Assembly (NCBI GenBank): GCA_963668355.1
Contig: OY764265.1
Coordinates: 1,472,001-1,536,000 of the forward strand
Direction: 5' to 3'
Origin: Bdellovibrionota bacterium
Lineage (GTDB): Bacteria > Bdellovibrionota_G > JALEGL01 > DATDPG01
Length of the DNA stretch: 64,000 nt
Part shown: positions 12,998-22,055 of the stretch, piece after piece
How the letters are laid out: the number at the start of each line of letters is the position of its first letter
Position numbering within the stretch: the stretch's first letter is position 1
Position numbers and translations under genes: made by a program
The notes under the pieces: generated by a model
Databases searched by the model: none
Told to the model about the DNA's origin: nothing
Seen by the model: the letters and a program-made list of their open reading frames with translations, nothing else

Positions 12998-13576
12998 TTA
13001 AAAAAAAGGACCTCTTGTGCCTCTGACTTTTGTTTGTTTCCAGGTTGGATCGTCGAAATTTGCCAGATCGCTAACAAGATCATAACAAGTCGTTCCTGGT
13101 TCGATGACGTAGAATTCATCTGTATTACTGAAGGCGTCTAATTCACTAAAATCAAAGACTTCCAAAGTAAAACTTAATTGGAGGATCTGTTTTATGGGTT
13201 TGCTAATGTAGCGGACGTGTAAAGGAATTTTTTCTCCGATTCGTAAAGGCTTGCCTTCGAACCAAATTCCGAGAGGAATATCTGGCCCGACTTTGGGTAG
13301 GTCTTCAGCCGGAATTGCTCCACCATACTTCAACCAATCGACACGGTAGCTTGGCGTGTAACAATTGTTTTGAAAATCTTCTAATGTTTTTCCGAGGGCA
13401 TGCCCATAGGTTAGGCTGTACGTTTCTTTCAGATAGTTTTGGCCTACGAATAAGGGAAGGGTTGTTGAAGGGGAAAAGTTCTTTTGGGTTTCTAAAACTT
13501 CTTCCGCGTTTCCTTTTCCCACGCTGGAAATCATCAAACTTAAAATAACCAATAAACCAATAGACAGGTGCTTCAT
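12998..13576 (-). CDS. Secreted hypothetical protein
   Basis: Signal peptide MKHLSIGLLVILSLMISS; start moved to the internal Met. Confidence 0.7.
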   Translation of the reverse strand: MKHLSIGLLVILSLMISSVGKGNAEEVLETQKNFSPSTTLPLFVGQNYLKETYSLTYGHALGKTLEDFQNNCYTPSYRVDWLKYGGAIPAEDLPKVGPDIPLGIWFEGKPLRIGEKIPLHVRYISKPIKQILQLSFTLEVFDFSELDAFSNTDEFYVIEPGTTCYDLVSDLANFDDPTWKQTKVRGTRGPFF

Positions 13577-13796
13577 AGGATTGTCCTTTTCGACCACGTT
13601 TTTAATGAACATTCTCGGTATCAAAAATAACGCATCGTATCAAATAAAATTTAAAAATTTATCTTAAGGCAATGAGGTCAGGCACCGTCTGGATGGATGG
13701 CTAAAAATCTGTGATTCCGGGGACAGCCGACGCTATCCAATTTTATAAAATGGGTACAGTCGGGCGTCCCCCGATTTACAGGAGACTCGATCTCCT

Positions 13797-13901
13797 TGGT
13801 CTTCGGTAGGGCAGAGTACTAGTGCAGGAGACTCAATCTCCTGGAGCTCTTTAGCCAGAACGTAGGCCAAGGAAGAGCCTCTAAGCCCCGACCATTGACG
13901 A
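13797..13901 (-). repeat. 105-bp duplicate of the 5' coding end of mfd (copy of 12510-12614)
   Basis: Direct comparison gives 101/105 identity; both copies encode [35 protein letters not shown]. Confidence 0.95.
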
Positions 13902-13968
13902 GGTTTAGGTGCCAGGCATATTTCTGCAACATGTCGCATTACAAAAATACGCCTGGCACCTAAACCTC
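13900..13968. repeat. REP-like inverted repeat, family A (GGTTTAGGTGCCAGGC)
   Basis: Perfect 18-bp IR gaggtttaggtgccaggc/gcctggcacctaaacctc; further arms at 14765-14784 and 15866-15883. Confidence 0.9.
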
Positions 13969-14179
13969 CGATTTCGCTAGGAATCAAGAGCTAGCAAATT
14001 CATTAAAAATCAAGTCGCGGGACACACGCGAGTGTCCCATGTTGAGGTTAAAGGCAAAAATTTAGAATGTGTTGGGGATTTTGTTTTTGGCATTTGGTGG
14101 GGTTGTTTGACATAAATCGCGCGACGCGTTAATCGGGCTGTCTTGGTGTTTTGCTTGTTTCCTACAGGAGTGTTTTTTT

Positions 14180-14656
14180 ATGCCTAAGCTTGGAATGTCT
14201 TTTCTTCTGCTTTTCCTTTCTGGTTTATGTTTTGGCTCGGCCTCGGTTTGGGCTCGGGATCTTACGCCGGGAGAGCTTCAGGATCGGTGTGCTAAGGGTG
14301 GGCTCTATTTGGCGGCGTTCGATCATTTTGAAGATCAATTGGACGAGATTGACGATGGGCTAGCGCATCTTGTCGGCAAGCGGGGCGTGGAAAATGCTCA
14401 ATCTGAGGTCCGAAGACTTCGCCTGTTTAACCGAATTGCCCGACCAGATTTTCTTTACTCATTGGAGGAAGATTGCGCTGCCGAAGATATCGACATGGGA
14501 ACGGAAGCCTATGAATGTTATCGCGACCCACAGTGTGATGTCAGAAGGTTTCAAACCGAAGATTCCCCCATTGGCCGGCAAGCTTTTGTCTATGTGAACC
14601 AACTGGACGAAACCGTGACTTACTTGCAAGCAAGGCTCGCCAAAGTAACTCCATAG
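14180..14656 (+). CDS. Secreted hypothetical protein
   Basis: AGGAG RBS upstream, signal peptide ending ASVWA. Confidence 0.75.
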   Translation: MPKLGMSFLLLFLSGLCFGSASVWARDLTPGELQDRCAKGGLYLAAFDHFEDQLDEIDDGLAHLVGKRGVENAQSEVRRLRLFNRIARPDFLYSLEEDCAAEDIDMGTEAYECYRDPQCDVRRFQTEDSPIGRQAFVYVNQLDETVTYLQARLAKVTP

Positions 14657-14920
14657 TCTCAAGTCGCGAAGTCGCGGGACACACACGGGTGTCCCGAATT
14701 AAGAGACTCTTAGATTAATTGGGGACACCCGTGTGTGTCCCCAGATTTCCCCCCCCTTCGACTCAGGTTTAGGTGCCAGGCACCTTTTTTACGGAGATAT
14801 TCACAGGAATGGGGGCGGTTTTTCGGATCAGTGGCTGTTTTCAGGGTTTAAGGGATATGGAAGGAAAAATAGACATTTAGCGTCATAACGAATATTGAAG
14901 GATCGTTTCAAACTTGGAGG

Positions 14921-15265
14921 TTGTTTATGCGTCGAGTCGCCGTCTTTTTTGCTCTTTTTATTGCGTTGTCTTTTGGTCTTTCTGCGTTTGCGGAAAAGAA
15001 CTACGTTCCCACTTTGGATCTTCCGTCCACGATTGACTCTTCAGATGTTTGCTCGGTTACATTCATTACCCTTCAAAAAAAGAAGGGGTGGACAGTCGCA
15101 TGCGATAGCAGTCCAAATGAAACAAAATTCAGTCCAGATTGGTCATCTTCATTTTCACATGGGATTTTGTTGCTGACTTCAAAGTTTACATCTAAGGGTT
15201 TCGCTCTAGAGTCGTGCTGGCACAGCGCTTGGGAATACGGGTGCTTTTTTCAACGTAAACCCTAA
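14921..15265 (+). CDS. Secreted hypothetical protein (4 Cys)
   Basis: GGAGG RBS, signal peptide MRRVAVFFALFIALSFGLSAFA; start may be 14927. Confidence 0.75.
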   Translation: MFMRRVAVFFALFIALSFGLSAFAEKNYVPTLDLPSTIDSSDVCSVTFITLQKKKGWTVACDSSPNETKFSPDWSSSFSHGILLLTSKFTSKGFALESCWHSAWEYGCFFQRKP

Positions 15266-15505
15266 TTCTAAAAAACTGCCTTATAATTCCGGAAAATCGG
15301 GGGACACCCGTGTGTGGCCCCAGATTAAGAAAATAGAATTGAAACAAAACCGATCAATGCCAATAGTTGACTTTGCCATCGTCTATAAAAATTAAATCTG
15401 AAATCGGGGGACACACGACTGAATCGGAATAGGATTCAATCGGATTGCGTCGTGCGTCCCCAGATTCTAAAAAAGAATAAAGAATGGGGAACGCGAGCTA
15501 TATTA

Positions 15506-15757
15506 CTAAATCTTGGTGGCTTTGCCGCTTTTCAGATCTAGGCACTCCGTTTTGCTACGTCGGCCCATCAGATTTGTTAGGTGCTTGCCGGCCGTCTCAC
15601 AGTCTTCTAGAGTCTCGAATCGTTCCATGGTTGCCGACCTTCCAGATCTTCCCTGCTCGGAATAGTGAATCAAAACATAGTCACCACAGGCCAAAGCCGG
15701 TCCAGCCGAAAAAAGAAATAATGATGTCAAAACAACTACACCTATCATTCGAATCAT
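15506..15757 (-). CDS. Small secreted hypothetical protein
   Basis: TAAGGAG RBS, signal peptide ending PALA. Confidence 0.65.
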   Translation of the reverse strand: MIRMIGVVVLTSLFLFSAGPALACGDYVLIHYSEQGRSGRSATMERFETLEDCETAGKHLTNLMGRRSKTECLDLKSGKATKI

Positions 15758-16237
15758 GTCTTACTCCTTAGGTGGGCAACCTAACAAAAATAACGCGACG
15801 TGTCAACTCGCTAAATCGGGGGGCAGGTCCATACCTGTCACCGGAATTGTCACCCGAATTTTGTTGTTTAGGTGCCAGGCACCTTTTTGGGAAGCGCCGC
15901 GTTGTGGAAGGGCAAGGGGGGAATTCCGGGGACACACGCCGAAACCTAAATGGAATCGGGGGAGGTACGACGTAACCCGAATTGAATGGGGGGAAGCGGA
16001 TTTGAGAGGGGGTGGGGGGAATTTTGCCTTGAGCATGGGGCTCCTGGGTGGGTGTTTGGTTTTGTTTGTTGCTTTTTTTCCTGTGGTTTGGGTTGGGTAA
16101 ATGGAATTTGTAGAATGTGGTCCCTCCCTAAAATGAACAGTTCACTTTGGGGAGTTTTCAACAGATCGTTTTCGTTTATGCAGCTTTCTCAGTTCTGGTC
16201 AGTTTTGGTGACACACAACTTAATTCCGAGGCGTTTC

Positions 16238-17116
16238 CTAGTTAAGTTGTGTGTCATCGGAATTTGCTAGAGGAATGCGAATTTCTGTGCGCAAGTCCTC
16301 TTCCGGCGTCTCCGTCGGATCGTTGAGATAAACTTCAAGACTTGGCATGTCTTTCGGGTTCTCGTTCGAGTTGGGGAGCCACTGACTGAATAGCCATTTA
16401 TAGGTTTCGTGGAGTTTCTTGTAGCTGCCTTGATGAACCACGGAGGCAAACTTTCCGCCTTCGATCTTTTGAACTTGGATAGCATCAATGGGTTGAAAAC
16501 CCTCTTGTACAGTAACGCAAGCATCGTAGCGGATTTTCTCGGGGGCCGTGACATCAGGATCGTCATAGCAAAGACCCATGAATTGGCTGTTGGGGCCAAA
16601 TGTGGAGGCTACCTTCGGATTTCCGCAAAGGGTTTCCCAGGCCTTCGCACACTCGATGTAAGGACCCGTATGTCTGACATACGCGACAAAGATGTCTGTG
16701 TGATTCTCGATTTTTACGTCCATGATTTCTCCTTGGGATATGGTAATTGTGATCGCTCCAGCATCGATTTTCCTCTTGGTTGTGTTGCGGTATTCTCTTG
16801 GGGAGAGTCCAAAGTGTTTTTTGAAGCTTCGCGAAAACGCTTCGAGGGCTTCATATTGGGCGTCCAGCGCAATATCCGTGATTCGCATGTCGCTAGAAAT
16901 GAGTTTGTTTGCAGCTCGTTCAAGGCGGAGGCGATGAATATAGGCCATGAGAGATTCACCCGTGAACGCAGAGAAGAAGCGATGACAATGGAAACGTGAA
17001 AAACCCGAAACCTTTGCGAGGGTGTCCGTTGTGATCTTTTCGTCCAAGTGTTTTTGGATGTAGTTTTGGAGCTCAATCACCCGGCGCATGTACTCGAATT
17101 GTTTCGGTGTGGTCAT
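16238..17116 (-). CDS. AraC-family transcriptional regulator with GyrI-like ligand-binding domain
   Basis: N-terminal AraC HTH (SGFSRFH..RLRLERAA..FSRSFKKHFGLSPREYR); C-terminal GyrI-like motifs (RHTGPY, DDPDVT, IRYDAC, YLNDP). Confidence 0.93.
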   Translation of the reverse strand: MTTPKQFEYMRRVIELQNYIQKHLDEKITTDTLAKVSGFSRFHCHRFFSAFTGESLMAYIHRLRLERAANKLISSDMRITDIALDAQYEALEAFSRSFKKHFGLSPREYRNTTKRKIDAGAITITISQGEIMDVKIENHTDIFVAYVRHTGPYIECAKAWETLCGNPKVASTFGPNSQFMGLCYDDPDVTAPEKIRYDACVTVQEGFQPIDAIQVQKIEGGKFASVVHQGSYKKLHETYKWLFSQWLPNSNENPKDMPSLEVYLNDPTETPEEDLRTEIRIPLANSDDTQLN

Positions 17117-17326
17117 TTCACATCCTTACAAGAGTTTCGGGTACGTTACTTGATCGTTTGTGCTCACTTTTTCGTATTTTCGCGTCCACTATTGGGGACT
17201 TCAATATGTCTTGCCAAAAATCCGAATTCCCGGAACATACTCCGAAACCTAAATAGATAGGAGTTTGGGTTACGTCGTGTGGCCCCAGAAGGATAAAAGG
17301 GTTATGTGCCCTTAAAGCGGATGCGT

Positions 17327-17770
17327 TTATTTGAGTTTTTTTATGAAGGCCGGCGTTCTCATTTGCTCCCATTTGGATTGAGTCCTAAGGGAAGGATCAA
17401 AGGTGTAACATTCGATCATTCGAATCGATACGCTTGTGTAATTGCTTAGTGTGGCAAGATCGAAACCCACAATTTCAGCATCGCCCATGCATTCGTAGTA
17501 ATCATCGGTTTCCGCATCCGTCCACGACATGTGGAAACTGCTCACGCCGCTGGCTCGCGAGTCTGAAACAAACAGGTCTCTAAATTGTAAAGAAACCAAA
17601 GCTTTTGAATTTACCACACCTTGTTTTCCTTTCTGGAAAGGACCTCCATATAAAGAAGTTTCCATGGAGTGCTTCATGCCCAGTAATTGTTGCGGGTTGA
17701 GCTGGGGGTAAGCGGAAGAGGTGAGGGGTGAAAGGATAAAGGCCAAGAACAACGCCGATATTGTTTTCAT
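17327..17770 (-). CDS. Secreted hypothetical protein
   Basis: Signal peptide MKTISALFLAFILSPLTSSA. Confidence 0.7.
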   Translation of the reverse strand: MKTISALFLAFILSPLTSSAYPQLNPQQLLGMKHSMETSLYGGPFQKGKQGVVNSKALVSLQFRDLFVSDSRASGVSSFHMSWTDAETDDYYECMGDAEIVGFDLATLSNYTSVSIRMIECYTFDPSLRTQSKWEQMRTPAFIKKLK

Positions 17771-17864
17771 AATCCTGACCTATGACGATTGACGAGATGA
17801 GTCAAGTTTTCGTGGTCATCCTTTCGGGACGCATTGCGCTTGTTTTGATAAGTATGGAATTAAG

Positions 17865-18338
17865 ATGAATCGAAGAATTGTTTTATTGCTTCTGGTTTCT
17901 TTTCTTTCAAGTCTGTCTTTCTCTGCCCTGTCTCACGAAGTGGATCCCTACACAGGTGAAGAATTTACGGTGGGCGATATTGAGGGATATTTTGATCATG
18001 CGGCGGAGCGCGAAGAAGATACGGTAGATACGATTCTTTTTATTCGTGACACGCCAGACTTCTCCAAAGGTATGAAAATGGGGCGTTGTGAAGTCGAATT
18101 TTTGACTACCAGTCTTGGGGAAAGGTCTTTTGAAAAAGGACAGGTTTACTGGATTACGTCCGTAGAGTTTGAAGGAAACTCGACCCATTTGGTGTTTGGT
18201 AGTGTTTGGGCAAGGGATTGGCCATGGAAAATCGGGATTTTTTGCCCGGAAATTGACGCGGACTCTAAATTATCCCAACTCGAAGAAGCCGCCGGCAAAC
18301 TCTTTGTCATCAAGCTATCTCAAAAAGAATCGCTTTAG
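17865..18338 (+). CDS. Secreted hypothetical protein
   Basis: Signal peptide MNRRIVLLLLVSFLSSLSFSALS; acidic mature part. Confidence 0.7.
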   Translation: MNRRIVLLLLVSFLSSLSFSALSHEVDPYTGEEFTVGDIEGYFDHAAEREEDTVDTILFIRDTPDFSKGMKMGRCEVEFLTTSLGERSFEKGQVYWITSVEFEGNSTHLVFGSVWARDWPWKIGIFCPEIDADSKLSQLEEAAGKLFVIKLSQKESL

Positions 18339-18417
18339 GAAATTAGAGAGAAATATACTTTTTTCGCAGGATGCAATTAAGCGTCGTGTTCCCGGAACGG
18401 TAAGTAAAGCATTATCT

Positions 18418-18900
18418 TTATTGGGATAGGTCGAGTTGGTCTATTAGGTATGTGGTGAATGCCTTGCCCGCATTTGGACAAATTGGGAAGCCTTCTAGGT
18501 TCTTGCTGGTCCAAATGGTTCTAAAAGCACAGGCATCTAATATGAGGTCTTTTTCGTTGAAGAGCCCTCGTCCTTTGTAGCCCAGAATTACACGGACATA
18601 GGTGTGATTTCGATGGGCTTGGCAAACGAGTGAGTTGTTTTCATCTGGGTTGACACAATCTCTTAGGTAAATGGCCAACATTTTTTCTGCCTTTTTAAGG
18701 CAGGCTCTTTTTTGGTCCATCTCATGAGGTCCCGCCAAGTCGAGCAGCTCGGCTTCGTCTATGCGTATTCTTTGAAGCGTGATTCTACCCGCCGCTTGAA
18801 TATGTATGGTGCAGGAAAGGGTTTGGCTTGGATTTGCATAAGCGGCAGATGCTTGCAGAAGACCAGAGATGACAAAAATCAAGAGAGCACGATGATTCAT
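18418..18900 (-). CDS. Secreted hypothetical protein (6 Cys)
   Basis: Signal peptide ending AAYA; AAGGA upstream. Confidence 0.7.
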   Translation of the reverse strand: MNHRALLIFVISGLLQASAAYANPSQTLSCTIHIQAAGRITLQRIRIDEAELLDLAGPHEMDQKRACLKKAEKMLAIYLRDCVNPDENNSLVCQAHRNHTYVRVILGYKGRGLFNEKDLILDACAFRTIWTSKNLEGFPICPNAGKAFTTYLIDQLDLSQ

Positions 18901-18955
18901 ATTTTTTCAATTCCTTATTTTATGCAAGTTGTATTTTTGTTGAGCCCCTCTTCAA

Positions 18956-19891
18956 TTAGAAGGGGATGCAGTTGATTTCAATCTCGGGTGTTTTTTCCCA
19001 CTCTCCGACGGAATGCGAACTTGTGGTTTTCTCGTCTCGTTTGAATTTAGAGTAGGTTAGTCCGTGAATTTCTCCAGTAGGGTTGTCCACTAGAACGTCG
19101 AGGATATGTCGTTGCTCTCGACTTTCTTCTTCGGTCAGGTAGCGAACTTGGGTTGTGTCGCTTCCCAAGGAAACTTCCTGTTCGGTTAGGTGTTTGTTTC
19201 CACCTGTATCCAACGCAAATTCTACCGGATGTTCTTTGCGTCCATCGAGGTCTCGCAAAACACCTTTGGCTACAGTTCTTTGCCCATGTCTGGAAATTTT
19301 TAGTACAAATTTACACGCACCGTCTTGGATTGAGTTAAGTGCACTGGCTAAATGTGGAAGTTGAGTGCTGGGTAGCCAATTTTCAGTACATGTTTCAGAT
19401 ATCGTTGAGGTTCTCTTCCATGTGTCTGGCCAGCCAAAATAGCGTTGTTTTTTGTCAAATCTCCTGGTGCTGATTCCGACAATATCACGAATTTCTTGGT
19501 AGCCAACGGTTATGCCGAGTCTCTTTAGGTCCCTTCTTCCCGTGACGATGAAAGTGAGTGTTGTTTTGTAGCGATGGTCATCGTTTGTGAATTCAAAGTT
19601 CGCAGTGCGAATGGCGCCTAGCTTTTCGGTATTTTTAACGGGGTAATCCAAAATGAAGGGAACGGAATGTCCGGCCGAATTTCGAAGCTGCGCAGATACG
19701 CTCCTGTTTTTCTCATCAAAGAAAGCATCAAGTGAGCATTCTCCAACCGTTTGACCGTCAATTTCGGCCGCTAAAGCTTTCAGATCTTCTGTGTAGTCAG
19801 TCCTGATTGGAGCATCAAGGATGGCTAGAGCGTGGGTGGGAAGAATGAAGCCGAGAGCCGCGAAGAGGCCGTATACGTTTTTCATATTCAT
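18956..19891 (-). CDS. Secreted hypothetical protein, possibly two related beta-rich domains
   Basis: Signal peptide ending HALA; halves begin similarly (LKALAAEIDGQTVGECSL / LPHLASALNSIQDGACKF) and both end in a W...C segment. Confidence 0.75.
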   Translation of the reverse strand: MNMKNVYGLFAALGFILPTHALAILDAPIRTDYTEDLKALAAEIDGQTVGECSLDAFFDEKNRSVSAQLRNSAGHSVPFILDYPVKNTEKLGAIRTANFEFTNDDHRYKTTLTFIVTGRRDLKRLGITVGYQEIRDIVGISTRRFDKKQRYFGWPDTWKRTSTISETCTENWLPSTQLPHLASALNSIQDGACKFVLKISRHGQRTVAKGVLRDLDGRKEHPVEFALDTGGNKHLTEQEVSLGSDTTQVRYLTEEESREQRHILDVLVDNPTGEIHGLTYSKFKRDEKTTSSHSVGEWEKTPEIEINCIPF

Positions 19892-20195
19892 GAGGAGGTG
19901 GATAACGCAACGCAGCTAGTATGTCAATTTCCAATAGCTCTAGCAAAAGGCAAGTTTAGTTGGCGTGTTTTGGGTCCTCTGAGCATATGGTCGAATTTTC
20001 GAAAATGAACCAAAAAAAAGCAAAAATCATCCAAAAATGACCAAAAAATGCGAAAAAAGACTCATTTTCTTCAAAAAAAGCTGTTTTGGGATTGTCTGGT
20101 TTGCTTGGGTTTTGAAAGGTAATCGTTCTCCCTATAGAGGCATCTATGCGGGTGACTTGACACAGAGCGGCGTTGGAAATAGGTTTTTTGGTGGG

Positions 20196-21164
20196 ATGGG
20201 GGAATTAAGAAAAAATCTGAGGTTCGTCTTTCTTGGCGGAATTCTTTCCACGATCTTTTTGTTTTCTGGGGTCTCTTGGGCGGAGCCCGTTTTTGAAGAA
20301 AGTCTTTCGGCGATGCTTCGGCGTTCTTCGCCGGATTTTGATGGCCCCAATTGTTTCAACACAGCTTTGTTGGCTACCGGTGTGCTTCCCATAGACGACG
20401 TTCGTTACGTGGACTGGGAAGAGTTTGAATTTTATTTGCAGCATGCATTTCATCTGGTGAATGGAAAGCCCGAGCGAGGAGATCTGGTTGTGTATGCCGC
20501 ATCTTCAGAGCGAGATCATGCAGCAGTTTATCTAGGCGATGGACAGGTGCTTCATAAAAAAGATTTTAATTCATCTTATGAGTACCGTGTGGTTGGAATC
20601 GAGGAAGTGTTTGATCACGAGCCGGGAGATGATCGGCCGAGAAGACCCGAAGATCCTGCACCTATTTTTAGTGACGAAGAGGCGGTTCAAGATCGAGCCT
20701 TTTATAGAAGAGATTCCTTTATAGAACTTCCAGAAGTACCTTTTGATTTACGCACGGCGAAGAATCTTTTGGACTTTGTGTTGATTGCCGTTTTGGAACA
20801 TGCCCCCAGTTGGGATGTGGGAGAAAATCTTGGCATTGTGAGCGAGAACCTCACGGGGGTGATGACTCGTCGCTATTCGGATACGCCTCAGATCACGGTT
20901 CTTGCCAAAAGTCTGACCTATCAGATTTACCAGAGTATCATCGCCGAGCATTTTAGATCGGTTTACGCCCAGAGCCGTCCAGAACCCATCGAACGAAGAA
21001 TCTATTTCTCACCGAATCATTACTTACGAGACCTCATTCTGCTGGTAGGCGAAGTCGAAGGCTTCGCTTTGTCTGAAGCTGAAATCGATGAGGTGATTAA
21101 GAAACTAGAAGATGATCGCCCATCCCGGCGCCTCGATCTGTTTGAAGCCGTTCATTTGTATTAA
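20196..21164 (+). CDS. Secreted NlpC/P60-like (papain-fold) protein
   Basis: Signal peptide, GPNCFN catalytic Cys, 'RGDLVVY' and 'DHAAVYLGDGQVLHK' His motif; start moved to MGELRK. Confidence 0.7.
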   Translation: MGELRKNLRFVFLGGILSTIFLFSGVSWAEPVFEESLSAMLRRSSPDFDGPNCFNTALLATGVLPIDDVRYVDWEEFEFYLQHAFHLVNGKPERGDLVVYAASSERDHAAVYLGDGQVLHKKDFNSSYEYRVVGIEEVFDHEPGDDRPRRPEDPAPIFSDEEAVQDRAFYRRDSFIELPEVPFDLRTAKNLLDFVLIAVLEHAPSWDVGENLGIVSENLTGVMTRRYSDTPQITVLAKSLTYQIYQSIIAEHFRSVYAQSRPEPIERRIYFSPNHYLRDLILLVGEVEGFALSEAEIDEVIKKLEDDRPSRRLDLFEAVHLY

Positions 21165-21237
21165 AACACACTTCTTTGTGTCCTAAGAAGGAGCGGATTG
21201 TTTTTAGGTGGGGTGGTGGGCCCTATGAGGACTAATC

Positions 21238-21582
21238 TTATTGGTTTTCCACGCGTTCTTTCACGTGGCTTTTTAGCCATTCGTATTGGCTCTCGATGTC
21301 GTCTTTCCAGACATCACAGTTTTTCTCTTCGGCCATTTCCCAGGCTTCTGCGCCATGCATGTGCAGGTTTAATGATTTTTCTTCGCTCTCATGCATCCAA
21401 AATGCAATGTCTTCTTGATGGCGATAGCTATGAGCTAGGCGATAGAGTTGAACACATTCCAGCTGATGTTGAAGCTTGGCGATTTGAGAATTCACCGCCA
21501 GGTCAGGGGTTTGAGCAAATGAGTTGCTTAGGCCAAAGGGCAAAGTTAAGCAAAGAGCAAAAAGAATATGAATAAAGTTCAT
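21238..21582 (-). CDS. Secreted hypothetical helical protein
   Basis: Signal peptide ending NSFA; GAGGA upstream. Confidence 0.65.
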   Translation of the reverse strand: MNFIHILFALCLTLPFGLSNSFAQTPDLAVNSQIAKLQHQLECVQLYRLAHSYRHQEDIAFWMHESEEKSLNLHMHGAEAWEMAEEKNCDVWKDDIESQYEWLKSHVKERVENQ

Positions 21583-21592
21583 TTTTTCCTCT

Positions 21593-21955
21593 CTAGTTGT
21601 TGGAGGGGACGGCTACGCAGCGAAGGATCGCTTCAACGCTGTAGGCGTTGGCAGATGTATGTCGTTGAATGTAGTTGTATTCAAAATCTTTGCAGACTTT
21701 GACGGCATCACTGAGTTTTTCTACGCTTTCGCGCATTTCTTTTAAGCGTACGATCTCGTCATTTTGTGTGAGGCATTCACATGTAAAAGGGCCATCAATC
21801 GTAATTTCCTTTGCTTCCTTGATTTGACCATCTTCGTCAGGAAGAGTTCGAAGCTCATACTTTGAAAGTGAAACCGGTGAGTCTCCAGTGATGAAGGCAA
21901 AGGTGGTTAAGGGAAAAAGAACCGAAAGGGCAATAATAATGATCGCGCGTTGCAT
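21593..21955 (-). CDS. Secreted hypothetical protein (4 Cys)
   Basis: Signal peptide MQRAIIIIALSVLFPLTTFA; start moved to the internal Met. Confidence 0.65.
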   Translation of the reverse strand: MQRAIIIIALSVLFPLTTFAFITGDSPVSLSKYELRTLPDEDGQIKEAKEITIDGPFTCECLTQNDEIVRLKEMRESVEKLSDAVKVCKDFEYNYIQRHTSANAYSVEAILRCVAVPSNN

Positions 21956-22055
21956 GATGTTTTTGGGGTTATAACGCATTGCGCGGTCTGTCAAGCGCTT
22001 AGGTCAACCTTCTCCTGGTTTGTATTTTAGGGGTTCTGTGGGTATTTTCCCCGCC

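Larger units (their letters stand above)
14012..15466. repeat. REP-like family B palindromes (GGGACAC-n-GTGTCCC), several copies
   Basis: Copies at 14012-14038, 14669-14695, 14721-14747, 15300-15326, IR 15402-15466; related sequences at 13719-13771, 15921-15951, 17224-17289, 18381-18397. Confidence 0.88.

Noticed and set aside
12510..13901. Diversity-generating retroelement template/variable repeat pair
   Set aside because: Only four differences, all silent and not restricted to adenines; no reverse transcriptase in the window.
13733..13987. 84-aa ORF containing an Mfd-like peptide
   Set aside because: It is a chimera of inverted-repeat sequence and the duplicated mfd fragment, with a TTG start and no RBS.
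12660..21990. Classical integron or prophage
   Set aside because: No integrase or phage genes; the genes alternate in orientation; the repeats lack consistent RYYYAAC/GTTRRRY attC ends.
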